From assembly GCF_000260965.1 (NCBI RefSeq), contig NC_017856.1, positions 30,001-62,000 on the forward strand: a stretch of 32,000 nt of DNA. The letters are read 5' to 3'. Origin of the DNA: Methylophaga frappieri (lineage in GTDB: Bacteria; Pseudomonadota; Gammaproteobacteria; Nitrosococcales; Methylophagaceae). Below are positions 12,444-21,938 of the stretch, one piece after another. The number at the start of each line of letters is the position of its first letter. Position 1 is the first letter of the stretch. Both the position numbers and the translations under genes were made by a program. The notes under the pieces were generated by a model. It ran no database searches. It had not been told where the DNA came from and saw nothing but the letters and a program-made list of their open reading frames with translations.

Positions 12444-13634
12444 TCAAGCTGGTTTGCCTAACACCTTGGATAAGCGTTCAATCGCTTGTGTCAGATACCG
12501 TTCGGAAGTGGTATAAGCAAACCGAACATGATTTTGTTGCTGATGTTGACCAAAATCGTACCCAGGCGTTACGGCAACCCCTGCCGAGTCAAGAAACAGT
12601 CGACACAGTGACTGGCTGTCAGGACAGGTTGAGGTAAGTAACTCTCGGCAGTCAGCATACAAATAAAAAGCCCCTTTTGGTGTTACCGGAAAATGAAAGC
12701 CCAGTTCACGTAATGCAGGTAACAACCAGTTTCGGCGTTGTTCAAACTGGGCTCTGCGTTGTTCCAGAATCTCCATTGTTTCATCAGTAAATGCCGCCAG
12801 TGCAGCATGCTGAGAAATGGTGGGCGCGGCCAAAAACAGGTTTTGTGCGAGCCTATCCATGACTGGTTCCATATCCGCAGGGACAACTGCCCAGCCAAGT
12901 CGCCAGCCAGTCATGCCAAAAAACTTGGAAAAACTGTTAATGACAATTGCATCATTATCAACGGCCAACACGGTTGGCAGCCGAATTCCATCATAAGTTA
13001 AACCATGATAAATCTCATCCACGACAAGCATGCCAGCACGTGCTCTGACTGCTGTCACAAGATTTTTAAGATCCGTTTCTAATAAAACGGTTCCGGTTGG
13101 ATTTGCCGGTGACGCAACTAATGCCACTTGGGTTTCACTGTCCCAATAGTCCGCAATATGCCTTGCGGTTAATTGAAAATTGGTTTTTGCATCAACTGGT
13201 ACGGGCTTGGCTTTGCTCGACAAAAAAGTCGCAAAATGCCGATTACAAGGGTAACCGGGGTCAGTCATCAGCACTTTCTTGTTCTGATCTAATAAGGCGC
13301 CCAATACTAATAACAGAGCGCCGGACGCGCCAGGGGTGACGACAATTCGATTAGCAGAGATAGATAATCCGTAGTACGTCTGGTACCACCCCGAGATGGC
13401 TTCTCGCAGTGCAGGCAAGCCAAGCGCTGGAGTGTAGAATGTTTGCTGATTCTGCAAGGCACGCATTCCCGCCTCAATAATAGGCTGCGGTGTCGAAAAA
13501 TCGGGTTCGCCAATTTCCATGTGCATAACAGTTTTACCTTGCGCCTCCATGGCTTTGCTTCGGGCGAGAATATCCATCACATGAAATGATTCGATGTTGG
13601 CGGCTCGGCGACTAACCGGCGATGGCTTTGCCAT
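12444..13634 (-). CDS. Pyridoxal-phosphate-dependent aminotransferase, class I/II (aspartate/aromatic type fold)
   Basis: 396 aa. PLP-lysine motif SFSKFFGMTGWRLGW, plus NPTG and VTPGASGAL. Confidence 0.9.
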   Translation of the reverse strand: MAKPSPVSRRAANIESFHVMDILARSKAMEAQGKTVMHMEIGEPDFSTPQPIIEAGMRALQNQQTFYTPALGLPALREAISGWYQTYYGLSISANRIVVTPGASGALLLVLGALLDQNKKVLMTDPGYPCNRHFATFLSSKAKPVPVDAKTNFQLTARHIADYWDSETQVALVASPANPTGTVLLETDLKNLVTAVRARAGMLVVDEIYHGLTYDGIRLPTVLAVDNDAIVINSFSKFFGMTGWRLGWAVVPADMEPVMDRLAQNLFLAAPTISQHAALAAFTDETMEILEQRRAQFEQRRNWLLPALRELGFHFPVTPKGAFYLYADCRELLTSTCPDSQSLCRLFLDSAGVAVTPGYDFGQHQQQNHVRFAYTTSERYLTQAIERLSKVLGKPA

Positions 13635-14376
13635 GTAGCTCCTTTAGGGTATCCAAAGAAATAATGGGCGCTGAAATCGGTGTTCCCGATACGGCCTGGC
13701 AGGGTAACGCTGGCTCTCCAAAGTGATCAATGACACTCAGTGCACCAGCATACGCGGCATCCTGTGTTGTCTCATTTATCAAGGCAATCACGGGCAGTTT
13801 GATCGATAAAGCGTTTGGTAACCGGCTTATTGAGTCAGAAATCAGTAAGCCGTCTTGAGGCGTTAATTCTAGACGGCCAAGACAGCGCTGGTAAACATTC
13901 GTGGCAATATCTGCGTTATCAAGCTCTTCGCAATGCACCATCTTGTTGGTTGTCTCACGGCCCAGCAGTTGTTGGATCAACAGGTTTATTTCACTCCGTG
14001 TTCGTTCTGTGACAAAGATAACCGGCAACGCTGACTGCGCCATACCTTGCAAAAAACGTATCAGCCCCGGTCGGCTGGGTAAAGCGCCTTGTTTAACCAA
14101 GGAAGCATAATGCGCCAGCTTATCAGCATACAACCGGTCGACAATGGCGTCTGGGACGCCTTCAGCTGCACATTGAAGGTGAAAATTATTCAGATAATAA
14201 GCCAGCCGTTGTCGTTCGTCTTTTATCGACAGCAAATTCTGATAAAGTGCTTTGTCCCAGAACCATTCGAGACCATTGTCGTAAAATGCGCGATTAAAGG
14301 CCAGACGATGACTTTCATGCTTCACTTCCTCAAGCACCCCGTCTATATCTAAAATCACGGCATTTAAAGTGTTCAT
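13612..14376 (-). CDS. HAD-superfamily hydrolase, CbbY-like
   Basis: Motif I LDIDGVL. The N-terminal segment HRLAFNRAFYDNGLEWFWDKALYQNLL resembles CbbY (AFN..F...G..W.WD...Y..LL). Motif IV is SDS. The 3' end overlaps the aminotransferase start by 23 nt. Confidence 0.75.
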   Translation of the reverse strand: MNTLNAVILDIDGVLEEVKHESHRLAFNRAFYDNGLEWFWDKALYQNLLSIKDERQRLAYYLNNFHLQCAAEGVPDAIVDRLYADKLAHYASLVKQGALPSRPGLIRFLQGMAQSALPVIFVTERTRSEINLLIQQLLGRETTNKMVHCEELDNADIATNVYQRCLGRLELTPQDGLLISDSISRLPNALSIKLPVIALINETTQDAAYAGALSVIDHFGEPALPCQAVSGTPISAPIISLDTLKELHGKAIAG

Positions 14377-14422
14377 TTACTGTTTTTCCTAGCCAGTTTT
14401 AGGCTAAAATAGATCGATTGTT

Positions 14423-14451
14423 TTGCACAACCCTGAGCCATCTGCTATAGA
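14423..14451 (+). promoter_or_regulatory. Candidate sigma70 promoter for dksA
   Basis: TTGCAC (14423-14428), a 17-nt spacer, then TATAGA (14446-14451), about 38 nt upstream of the dksA ATG. This is pattern match only. Confidence 0.35.
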
Positions 14452-14488
14452 TGCGCCCTTGTTTTTAGAAAGTATGAGGTTTTTAGAG

Positions 14489-14911
14489 ATGGATGCAAGT
14501 CAGAGCGACGTTAACTTCTCACCCTACCAGCCAAAGGATGGCGAAGCGTACATGAGCGCTGAAATGTCGAGCCATTTCCGGTCAATTCTTGAAAAATGGC
14601 GGACTCAGCTTAAAGAAGAAGTTGACCGCACCGTTCATCACATGCAGGACGAAGCGGCTAATTTTCCGGATCCCAATGATCGGGCTACACAAGAAGAAGA
14701 GTTCACGCTTGAACTTCGAACGCGGGATCGTGAACGTAAACTAATTAAGAAAATTGAAGAATCATTAATTGATTTAGACAAAGGCGATTATGGTTTTTGT
14801 GAATCTTGCGGTACTGAAATTGGTATTCGTCGTCTTGAAGCAAGACCAACCGCAACCCTTTGTATTGACTGTAAGACATTGGATGAAATTCGCGAGAAAA
14901 ATCGCGTTTAA
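14489..14911 (+). CDS. dksA: RNA polymerase-binding transcription factor DksA
   Basis: Near-identical blocks to E. coli DksA ([40 protein letters not shown]) and the C4 zinc finger CESCG...CIDC. I chose the ATG at 14489 because GAGG lies upstream and the length matches the homolog. Confidence 0.95.
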   Translation: MDASQSDVNFSPYQPKDGEAYMSAEMSSHFRSILEKWRTQLKEEVDRTVHHMQDEAANFPDPNDRATQEEEFTLELRTRDRERKLIKKIEESLIDLDKGDYGFCESCGTEIGIRRLEARPTATLCIDCKTLDEIREKNRV

Positions 14912-14934
14912 TTTTTAAGCATAACCTCATACCT

Positions 14935-14964
14935 AAAAAAGCCCCACTTTGCTGGGGCTTTTTT
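14935..14964. terminator. Bidirectional rho-independent terminator shared by convergent dksA and tamB
   Basis: AAAAAAGCCCCA-CTTTGC-TGGGGCTTTTTT. The GC stem is flanked by an A-run and a T-run, so it reads as a terminator on both strands. Confidence 0.85.
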
Positions 14965-14966
14965 AT

Positions 14967-17900
14967 TTATCGTTCAAAAATATAGAGTAAGTCAACGCCA
15001 CTTTCGGTACCAGACTCTGCTTGCAACGTCCATATTTTACTTAACTCATAACGCATCTGAACCGTACTCACTGGCTCCAGCACGCCAATGCCATACCCCA
15101 CATATAAGCGTGGTGACAGATATTTACCAATCTGAACGGCAGCAGTTTCTGGGCTTTCACCACTAAACGAAACGGTATCCAGACCAAATGTGCCGGCAAT
15201 CTGATCACTCAAGGCATTGCCATTTTGAATACCTAAACTGGTTGCTGCAGAAGCCAACATTGCTCCATCACCTGATGTGGCTTGTTCAAGTGGTCTGCCA
15301 ATTAAAATATAGGACAGCACATCATCTTGAGACATCGACGGTGAGGAAAATAAAGTTGCTTGTGGATTACTCACCGGGCCAGTCAAATGAATACCTGCGG
15401 TGACATCAGTCATCTTGCGTACGGCTTTGACATCAAGGTCCGGGTTATCTATTGCCCCACCAGAAAACCGGATCTGACCATTATCAACCGTTAATTCCTT
15501 GCCATAAGCAATGTAACTACCATTATCTAGCGTAATCTGGCCGTCGGCCAGCAACAAACCGCCGGCTTGCCCTGATATCTGCAAATCGCCGTACAAATCG
15601 CCCCGAAATCCTGCCGCACGAATACTTACCGCATCACCGAGAACCAATCTGATATCAACATCGGTTTCTAAAGGTGTTGACTCTACTGGTGGCGCATTAA
15701 CAATCACGACGTCTTTACTCGGCGTCACCGCTGAGTTGAATTCCATGGGTGCCAGCTCGGCTTCAGGTAAAGTCAATGTGCCGGCAATTTTAGCGTGGTC
15801 AGCACGCATTGACAGGCTTAAGTCAGGCGAGGCAACAATGTAGGCCTCTGGCATATCCATCAACAGTATTTGTTCGCCCTGAATGGTGCTTTCCAATGTC
15901 CAACCACTGTCAGGCATTTCAAACGCGCCAGCCAATTCGAATTGTCCTTCACCAGATTGCCCTTGAGCTAACAACGATAAACCTTGCACTGGGTTACCCG
16001 TGATATCAGCGTTTAAGGCTTGTAACTGAATGCCCAGCGCACTCAACGCGACTTGTCCGTCTCTTAAAGTAATCGCTGCATCAATTTCGGGCTGCCTGAG
16101 GGTGCCGGCAATATCACTATCAATTTTCAGCTTGCCTTGCAGATCATCGACAGCAGGATGGTCAAGCTGAAATGCGGATAAATCCGGAATTTCAGTAACG
16201 AGTTGCGCAACGATTGGACTGTTCATCGGGCTCGCCAGCAAAGCTTTAACTGGTGGCGCTTGCAGGCGTGCGGTTAAAGGCGAGACCCCGCCAATATCGA
16301 CTGCCAATGTTAAACCAGCACGTGTCTGACTATTATCCGCTTCATAGTTGAGATTCAACGTTTCAATGCCGATTGGCTGCGGTTGGGTCAGGCCCTCACC
16401 TACCAGCTGGAATTGTCCATTTTGCAAGTCAATCTGCCCATTGCCGGTCACCGTATTGTCGGGCGTGGCAGACAGAGACAATTGCCCATTTAATTGACCA
16501 TCAAGTTGAAGATAGTCTTGATAAAAAATCTGAAAAAGATTAACGGGTAGCGACTCAAGCGCCAGCTGAGCCTGCCAGCCATTATCACGCTGGTTTTCAC
16601 CCTGCAAACAGATTTCTGCATTATTACTGGTCAGACACATTGGTGCAACGCGTTGTGTTGTCTCCGAAATCTGTAATGGCGCTGGCTGGGTTAATTGCCA
16701 ATTTTCGTAAGACTCTGACCTGAGCGTTAAGGCATTCAGCTGACCTTGCCACGCATTTTTTTCTGACAACGCGCCTTGAAGTAAGAAATCGAGCGATGCT
16801 TCATTGGCAATGATTTCGGCTTGTAATTGATGTTGTTGCCGTGTGCCGTCAAGGTCTAACGTAACGTTTTCCAGCTGATTACCGTTGACAGTTAAGTTTT
16901 TTGCGGTCAACGCTAATTGACTGTTTTGTTGGCCATTAATATCAACGTTTGCTTGCGCACTTAGTTGTTCAAGACGAAGTTTATCGGCATAGCGAATTTC
17001 AGCGCCTGATAACTGCGCCTCAAGACGCAACGTTGCAAGTGTGCCTGAGACCTGCCCTTCACCATTTAACTGCCCGGATGCTTCCGGTAAAAAGTCTTGC
17101 AAATCCGTTGCTTGTATATTCCAGGTGGCTGCGGCATCAGGTAAGAGACGACCGTCTACCGTCAACGACGATTGCCCCGTGTTTAAAAGCAGATCTGAAA
17201 CACTAACCCGATCGTTGAGCATTTCTGCCTGTCCTTTAAGCTGAAATGGCCTCTCTCGAAGCACACCGTCTACGGCTAAATCATTAACTTGAACATAAAC
17301 TTGTTTGTCAGCGGTTTGCTCAGCCTGAATTTGAGTGTGACCACTAATTCGGCCTGGAAAGCTGGCTGCATAAAGACTCGGATCAAAGTCTTTCAAGTTA
17401 ACCACGCCGGTCGCGCTAATATTGTCTACCCAACCAATATTACCGTCGTAAGAAAGCGCCCCACCCGGTATGCCTAAGTTCAAACTTATCTCTGCTTGCT
17501 GCAACTCGGGACTATTGGCTCGGAGTGCAATCGTAACGGGCGTTTTATCAATTTCAGTATCCGCATTTAACACACTTGATAGGTGTGTGGTATCACCTTG
17601 AGCTTGAAGCGATCCTTGCACAAGCTTTATTTGCTGCCCTGCAGTTAATTTTTGTGGCAAAAACAAATCTTGCCAATCCGCATCGATCGCAAATTGAAGC
17701 TTATCTTGCCAGCTAACTTGGCCTTTCGAACGAAATTCACCATTACCATAGTTAACCTTCAATAGCTCAATAGTGGCATCGGATAATGAGCCTGTGATAT
17801 CGCTATTAATTTTTAATGGCTCATCATATAAAGTGGCTGTCGTGTTAAGTTTAACGTGATAAACCTCCGTATTGCCTGTCAATACAATCTGACCATTCGA

Positions 17901-19019
17901 GTCACTAATTGAAGGCACTTTTTCTGTCTCTAACGGCCACTGAAGTGACTGCCAACGTCCAGTCAGAGCAAATTCTGGTGTTGGAAGCTGCTCGTTTGTC
18001 TTGATATTGCCACTTAGATTTATCTTACCTTTAGATGGAAAGGTAAGTTGGCTATCAATGAGCCAGTTCTTTAAATTATCACTATTTATATTGGCGTGAA
18101 CCAAAATGAGCGGTAATTGCTCATGAATTCCTGTAACGTCTGACTCAATTTTTAATTCTGCACGAGTAGATGTCCCCTCGCCTCTTACCCTGAAGTGCTC
18201 GAATTTCCCAGACTGTTCAGGCAATAATTTACCTATATTCCACGCTTCACCCTCAACAAACAATCGCCATTCTGGTTGATGTAATAAATGACTTAATGTC
18301 AGGATTTGTTCGGAAGCGAATGGCTCACCGAGTTGTTGGCGGATAGTTATTTCTTCAATGTCACCGTTAATGGTGGCGGTAAGGCTTAACGGACCATAAT
18401 CTTCATGGATGACCTGTAGTTCGTAATTGAGGTTTAAGGGATACGGCTTTGTTAATAAAACGTCACCAACCAGGGTGAAAGCACCTTCTGGTCGCGTTAA
18501 GTTTAATGCGGATACACTCAGTCTGTTTTGATTAATTCTTAAGCTCGTATCTAAGCGATCAAAAATAAGTTGTGCATCCGATCCGGTTTGGTGTTGTACA
18601 AACAGCTTATTAATTCTTAATGAGCGCAGATAGATACTAAAAGGTAACGTCAGCTCAAAGAGCTCAGAATCTGACGGTGGCGCTGATGTTGACGTCTCCT
18701 GTAGCAGGACATCTACTTCATCAATATGCAGTTGCGTTATGTTCAGGCGACCCAATAAAAATAATGAAGCCTGCCAACGTGCGTTTAGACGCTTAACTTT
18801 TATTTGTGTCCCGTTTTCGGGCTGATAGGCGAAGTCCTCAAGCGTGAATCGAGAAATAAGTCTCCCGTTTGCAGCGCCTATACTCAGATCCGGAATCATT
18901 TTTTCCGCTGATTGCACCACAAATTGCAAGCCTGACTGCGTCGTGACTAACCATCCTGAAATGGCAATCATGATTAACAATAAAATCGACAGGCTGCCAG
19001 CAATATGACGTCGTCTCAT
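14967..19019 (-). CDS. tamB: Translocation and assembly module inner-membrane protein TamB
   Basis: 1350 aa. N-terminal signal-anchor, a long beta-rich body, and a DUF490-type C-terminus (GKYLSPRLYVGYGIGVLEPVSTVQMRYELS...GVDLLYIFER). ATGA overlap with the tamA stop. Confidence 0.85.
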   Translation of the reverse strand: MRRRHIAGSLSILLLIMIAISGWLVTTQSGLQFVVQSAEKMIPDLSIGAANGRLISRFTLEDFAYQPENGTQIKVKRLNARWQASLFLLGRLNITQLHIDEVDVLLQETSTSAPPSDSELFELTLPFSIYLRSLRINKLFVQHQTGSDAQLIFDRLDTSLRINQNRLSVSALNLTRPEGAFTLVGDVLLTKPYPLNLNYELQVIHEDYGPLSLTATINGDIEEITIRQQLGEPFASEQILTLSHLLHQPEWRLFVEGEAWNIGKLLPEQSGKFEHFRVRGEGTSTRAELKIESDVTGIHEQLPLILVHANINSDNLKNWLIDSQLTFPSKGKINLSGNIKTNEQLPTPEFALTGRWQSLQWPLETEKVPSISDSNGQIVLTGNTEVYHVKLNTTATLYDEPLKINSDITGSLSDATIELLKVNYGNGEFRSKGQVSWQDKLQFAIDADWQDLFLPQKLTAGQQIKLVQGSLQAQGDTTHLSSVLNADTEIDKTPVTIALRANSPELQQAEISLNLGIPGGALSYDGNIGWVDNISATGVVNLKDFDPSLYAASFPGRISGHTQIQAEQTADKQVYVQVNDLAVDGVLRERPFQLKGQAEMLNDRVSVSDLLLNTGQSSLTVDGRLLPDAAATWNIQATDLQDFLPEASGQLNGEGQVSGTLATLRLEAQLSGAEIRYADKLRLEQLSAQANVDINGQQNSQLALTAKNLTVNGNQLENVTLDLDGTRQQHQLQAEIIANEASLDFLLQGALSEKNAWQGQLNALTLRSESYENWQLTQPAPLQISETTQRVAPMCLTSNNAEICLQGENQRDNGWQAQLALESLPVNLFQIFYQDYLQLDGQLNGQLSLSATPDNTVTGNGQIDLQNGQFQLVGEGLTQPQPIGIETLNLNYEADNSQTRAGLTLAVDIGGVSPLTARLQAPPVKALLASPMNSPIVAQLVTEIPDLSAFQLDHPAVDDLQGKLKIDSDIAGTLRQPEIDAAITLRDGQVALSALGIQLQALNADITGNPVQGLSLLAQGQSGEGQFELAGAFEMPDSGWTLESTIQGEQILLMDMPEAYIVASPDLSLSMRADHAKIAGTLTLPEAELAPMEFNSAVTPSKDVVIVNAPPVESTPLETDVDIRLVLGDAVSIRAAGFRGDLYGDLQISGQAGGLLLADGQITLDNGSYIAYGKELTVDNGQIRFSGGAIDNPDLDVKAVRKMTDVTAGIHLTGPVSNPQATLFSSPSMSQDDVLSYILIGRPLEQATSGDGAMLASAATSLGIQNGNALSDQIAGTFGLDTVSFSGESPETAAVQIGKYLSPRLYVGYGIGVLEPVSTVQMRYELSKIWTLQAESGTESGVDLLYIFER

Positions 19020-20746
19020 AAGTCAGGCCCGATTACGATATGAAAGCCAAAAGGTTTGTCGTCATCAGAAATGCCCTGTGCAATATCAACCCGAATCAGC
19101 CCAACCGGTGAGCGCCAGCGAACACCAACGCCAACGCTGTATTCGATTGGATCAGACCACTCATTAAATGCATTACCAAAGTCTGTGAAAACAGCAGCGC
19201 CCCAATCGTTCCAGAACATATTTTCGTATTCTACGCTGCCTACCGCTAAATAGCGCCCTCCGATCACTTCATCCAAGTCATCCCGTGGCCCTAATTCCTG
19301 ATAACCAAACCCTCGAATACTATTGTCGCCACCGGCAAAGAAACGCAAGGAACTGGGTAATTGGGAAAAGTCACTGACCGTTGTTGCACCAACTTGTGCC
19401 CGGGTAATCAAACGGCTGTTTTCAGTCAGGCCGGTTATATATTTTCCTCTGAGTACAAGCTGCATAAAACTGATATCAGAAAGCAACGATTCAGAAGCCC
19501 CGCTAAGAGACACGCTGAGCTGCCCTCCCTGACGAGTATAGAGTGAATTATCAGCCCAAGTCCTAGCAAGCGATATACCGGGGATCAACAACAAAGCCGA
19601 CTCTGACTCATCCGATATATCAAAGTCTTCTTGTAACAGCTTGAGGCTGCCCGTTTCGTCCCAGCCCCAGCGTTGCCGCTGATAATACGTGCCGAGTGTA
19701 TAGCTCCGACTCTCGCTGGTATCCGTTTCCTGCTGTAAATATTCGGTATTAATCCCTACCTGATTAATGGTTTCGCTCCAAAAAGGCATCTGATAATCAG
19801 CGGTAATGCGATTCGCTATTTGAGACAACTTGAGATCAGTAGATAAACGATGACCGCGGTCGTTAACATAACGATTTTGCCAACCCAGCCCAGTTCGAAT
19901 GCCGGTATCTGTGCCATAGCCGATACCGGCACTGTAACGATGTTTTTTGTCCGGCTCGACCGTAATCTCTATCGGAACACGGCCATTTTGGCGCTGTTCT
20001 ATCAATGCTCTGGCATGGCTACTGTTAAAATAACCGCTATTATTCAAGTTGTTACGTAAAGCCAGTAACTGTTCGCCACGGTAAGCATCGCCAGACGCAA
20101 ATGGCGTTAATCGTCGCAGGAGATCCGTCGACACAACTGTTTTAGGATAATGAATTTCGCCGAACTGATATCGGTCACCTGATTTGTATTTTAAACAAAT
20201 ACTTGCCGTATTTTTTTCAGTATTAACTTCAACTTTATTGCACTGTAATTCCCCATCAAAGAAGCCGCGTTCAGCGGCAACTCGTAATAACGACTTCTTG
20301 GCGGATTCGTATTGACCATGTCGAAACCGTTTATTTAGCTTTAATGGAAAATCCGCCAGTAATTTCTGAAAGGCAACATCCTGCTCACCCGCGCCGATAA
20401 CAGCAAGATCAAGTTGTGTGATTGTCACCGGATCGCCTGGTGTAATTTGATAACTTGCCTGCCATTGGCCAGTTGCTGGTGCCTGCACCAGACTGGCAGC
20501 AATCTCTGGATTGTAATAGCCATAGTAGCGAAGGGTTTGTTGGATCTCTGCCTGGGCTTGTTGATGTAACCGTTGTAATCGCCGCTCGGTCAACCGCTGA
20601 CTGTCTCGCTGCTGAAAAATACTCAAACCATTTTGCAGGCTTTTTTTGATCGTATCGTTAACACCTTGAATTTCAACAGATATTGGAAAACCAGCATCCT
20701 CAGCATGTAGACTGAAAGTGATGAGAAAAAACGAGAAAAAAACCAA
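19016..20746 (-). CDS. tamA: Translocation and assembly module outer-membrane protein TamA (Omp85 family); apparent TTG start
   Basis: 576 aa. POTRA-like N-terminal region, a C-terminal beta-barrel with the Omp85 hallmark (RFFAGGDNSIRGF), and an aromatic-rich C-terminal strand. Confidence 0.85.
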   Translation of the reverse strand: MVFFSFFLITFSLHAEDAGFPISVEIQGVNDTIKKSLQNGLSIFQQRDSQRLTERRLQRLHQQAQAEIQQTLRYYGYYNPEIAASLVQAPATGQWQASYQITPGDPVTITQLDLAVIGAGEQDVAFQKLLADFPLKLNKRFRHGQYESAKKSLLRVAAERGFFDGELQCNKVEVNTEKNTASICLKYKSGDRYQFGEIHYPKTVVSTDLLRRLTPFASGDAYRGEQLLALRNNLNNSGYFNSSHARALIEQRQNGRVPIEITVEPDKKHRYSAGIGYGTDTGIRTGLGWQNRYVNDRGHRLSTDLKLSQIANRITADYQMPFWSETINQVGINTEYLQQETDTSESRSYTLGTYYQRQRWGWDETGSLKLLQEDFDISDESESALLLIPGISLARTWADNSLYTRQGGQLSVSLSGASESLLSDISFMQLVLRGKYITGLTENSRLITRAQVGATTVSDFSQLPSSLRFFAGGDNSIRGFGYQELGPRDDLDEVIGGRYLAVGSVEYENMFWNDWGAAVFTDFGNAFNEWSDPIEYSVGVGVRWRSPVGLIRVDIAQGISDDDKPFGFHIVIGPDL

Positions 20747-20844
20747 AAACGCATGTCACTCCAAAGTTAATCAACTGGCAGCAGTGAATAACTGCCTCAG
20801 CATTCAGTATGACAGGAAGCGTTGGTAGATGTTGCTGAGATTGG

Positions 20845-21777
20845 TCAGGAATTCTGCCCGGTAATGACTTTTTGTTTACGGTAAGCAGTGGGTGAGCATC
20901 CATAGAATGCACTGAAACGACGGCTAAAATGGCTCAAATCATTGAAGCCGGAACTATAACAAGCATCGGTGACACTCTTGCCATTTGAAATGGCTGCGGC
21001 GGCTGACTTCATGCGCATTTGTTGCTGAAATTCACCGGGAGTACAGCCTAATTGTTTTTTAAATTCGACGTATAACCGGCTACGACTCATGCAGGCTTTA
21101 CGACATAACTCATCAATATCCATCGCCTGACTGAGATCTTGTTGCAGATAACCGATAACGGCAGTGATACCGCTGGCATCGGGATGCTTATGGCAATAGC
21201 TGAGTAACACTTCGCGCCCCTGTTCCCGGAGGAGTCGGGTGACCAGCTCAGAGATGCCCAAATCCACCATGATTTCTTTATCTGGCTCTCCTTGCACAAA
21301 CAACGCCACTAACCGCTCCAGTAAATGTTGCGTTGCTTGTGTATGGTGCGTATGAATAATTCGCGGCTGGTAAGCCCAGTCATGCTCCGGATCAGCCAAT
21401 GTGCCAAAAGTCCGCATTTTTTCAGCGATAGACTCGATTCTTTCACGCGAAATTTCGATAGTCAGACAGGTGGTGGGCATTAACTCACTGGCGTCGGGAA
21501 AGTCTATTTCGACATATTCACCAGGTGGCATGACGTAGGATTCATGGGGCAGAAACCACTCACCTTCACGGTGGTACGTATCATGCATCAGTTTTTTGCC
21601 ACTAACCATCCCGCAATAAAGTAATTGCTCGGCATCAAGCCCAACACCGACCGCATCCCGATAAGTATCATAAATACTTAGCTCGGTTTCAGGGCCGGCA
21701 AACGTCAACTTGTTTTCAACCAATAAGGTCCGGCTATCGCGTCGTTGGCCGATAAATGGCACTTTATCGCTAGACAT
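20845..21777 (-). CDS. AraC-family transcriptional regulator
   Basis: C-terminal double HTH (IDELCRKACMSRSRLYVEFKK..., GFNDLSHFSRRFSAFYGCSPTAYR). Divergent from the aldehyde dehydrogenase gene. Confidence 0.9.
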   Translation of the reverse strand: MSSDKVPFIGQRRDSRTLLVENKLTFAGPETELSIYDTYRDAVGVGLDAEQLLYCGMVSGKKLMHDTYHREGEWFLPHESYVMPPGEYVEIDFPDASELMPTTCLTIEISRERIESIAEKMRTFGTLADPEHDWAYQPRIIHTHHTQATQHLLERLVALFVQGEPDKEIMVDLGISELVTRLLREQGREVLLSYCHKHPDASGITAVIGYLQQDLSQAMDIDELCRKACMSRSRLYVEFKKQLGCTPGEFQQQMRMKSAAAAISNGKSVTDACYSSGFNDLSHFSRRFSAFYGCSPTAYRKQKVITGQNS

Positions 21778-21938
21778 AGAATGTTTCTATCGCCATTAAG
21801 AGGTTATCGATTCTGCGTTGTTGCTGGACTCTAAGTCAAGTAATTGAGAATATTATTCAAGCGCATATTTCATCTTGCCATTTATGCTGATAGAGATAAC
21901 AACAAGCACCCTCATAAAACACTATAGAGAGAAATATT

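Noticed and set aside
12392-12637. 81-aa plus-strand ORF at the aminotransferase 3' end
   Set aside because: It is antisense to a strongly supported aminotransferase and has no independent support.
20700-20912. 70-aa minus-strand ORF spanning the AraC 3' end and the tamA 5' end
   Set aside because: It overlaps both supported genes out of frame. Its only interest is that the T-run region it crosses is the tamA start-site problem, reported separately.
21778-21938. Sigma-54 (GG-N10-GC) promoter or obvious AraC direct repeats in the araC/aldehyde dehydrogenase control region
   Set aside because: I looked for TGGCAC-N5-TTGC-like spacing and for clear 15-20 bp direct repeats. I found only short, scattered CTATC/GATAG matches, which are not enough to call.
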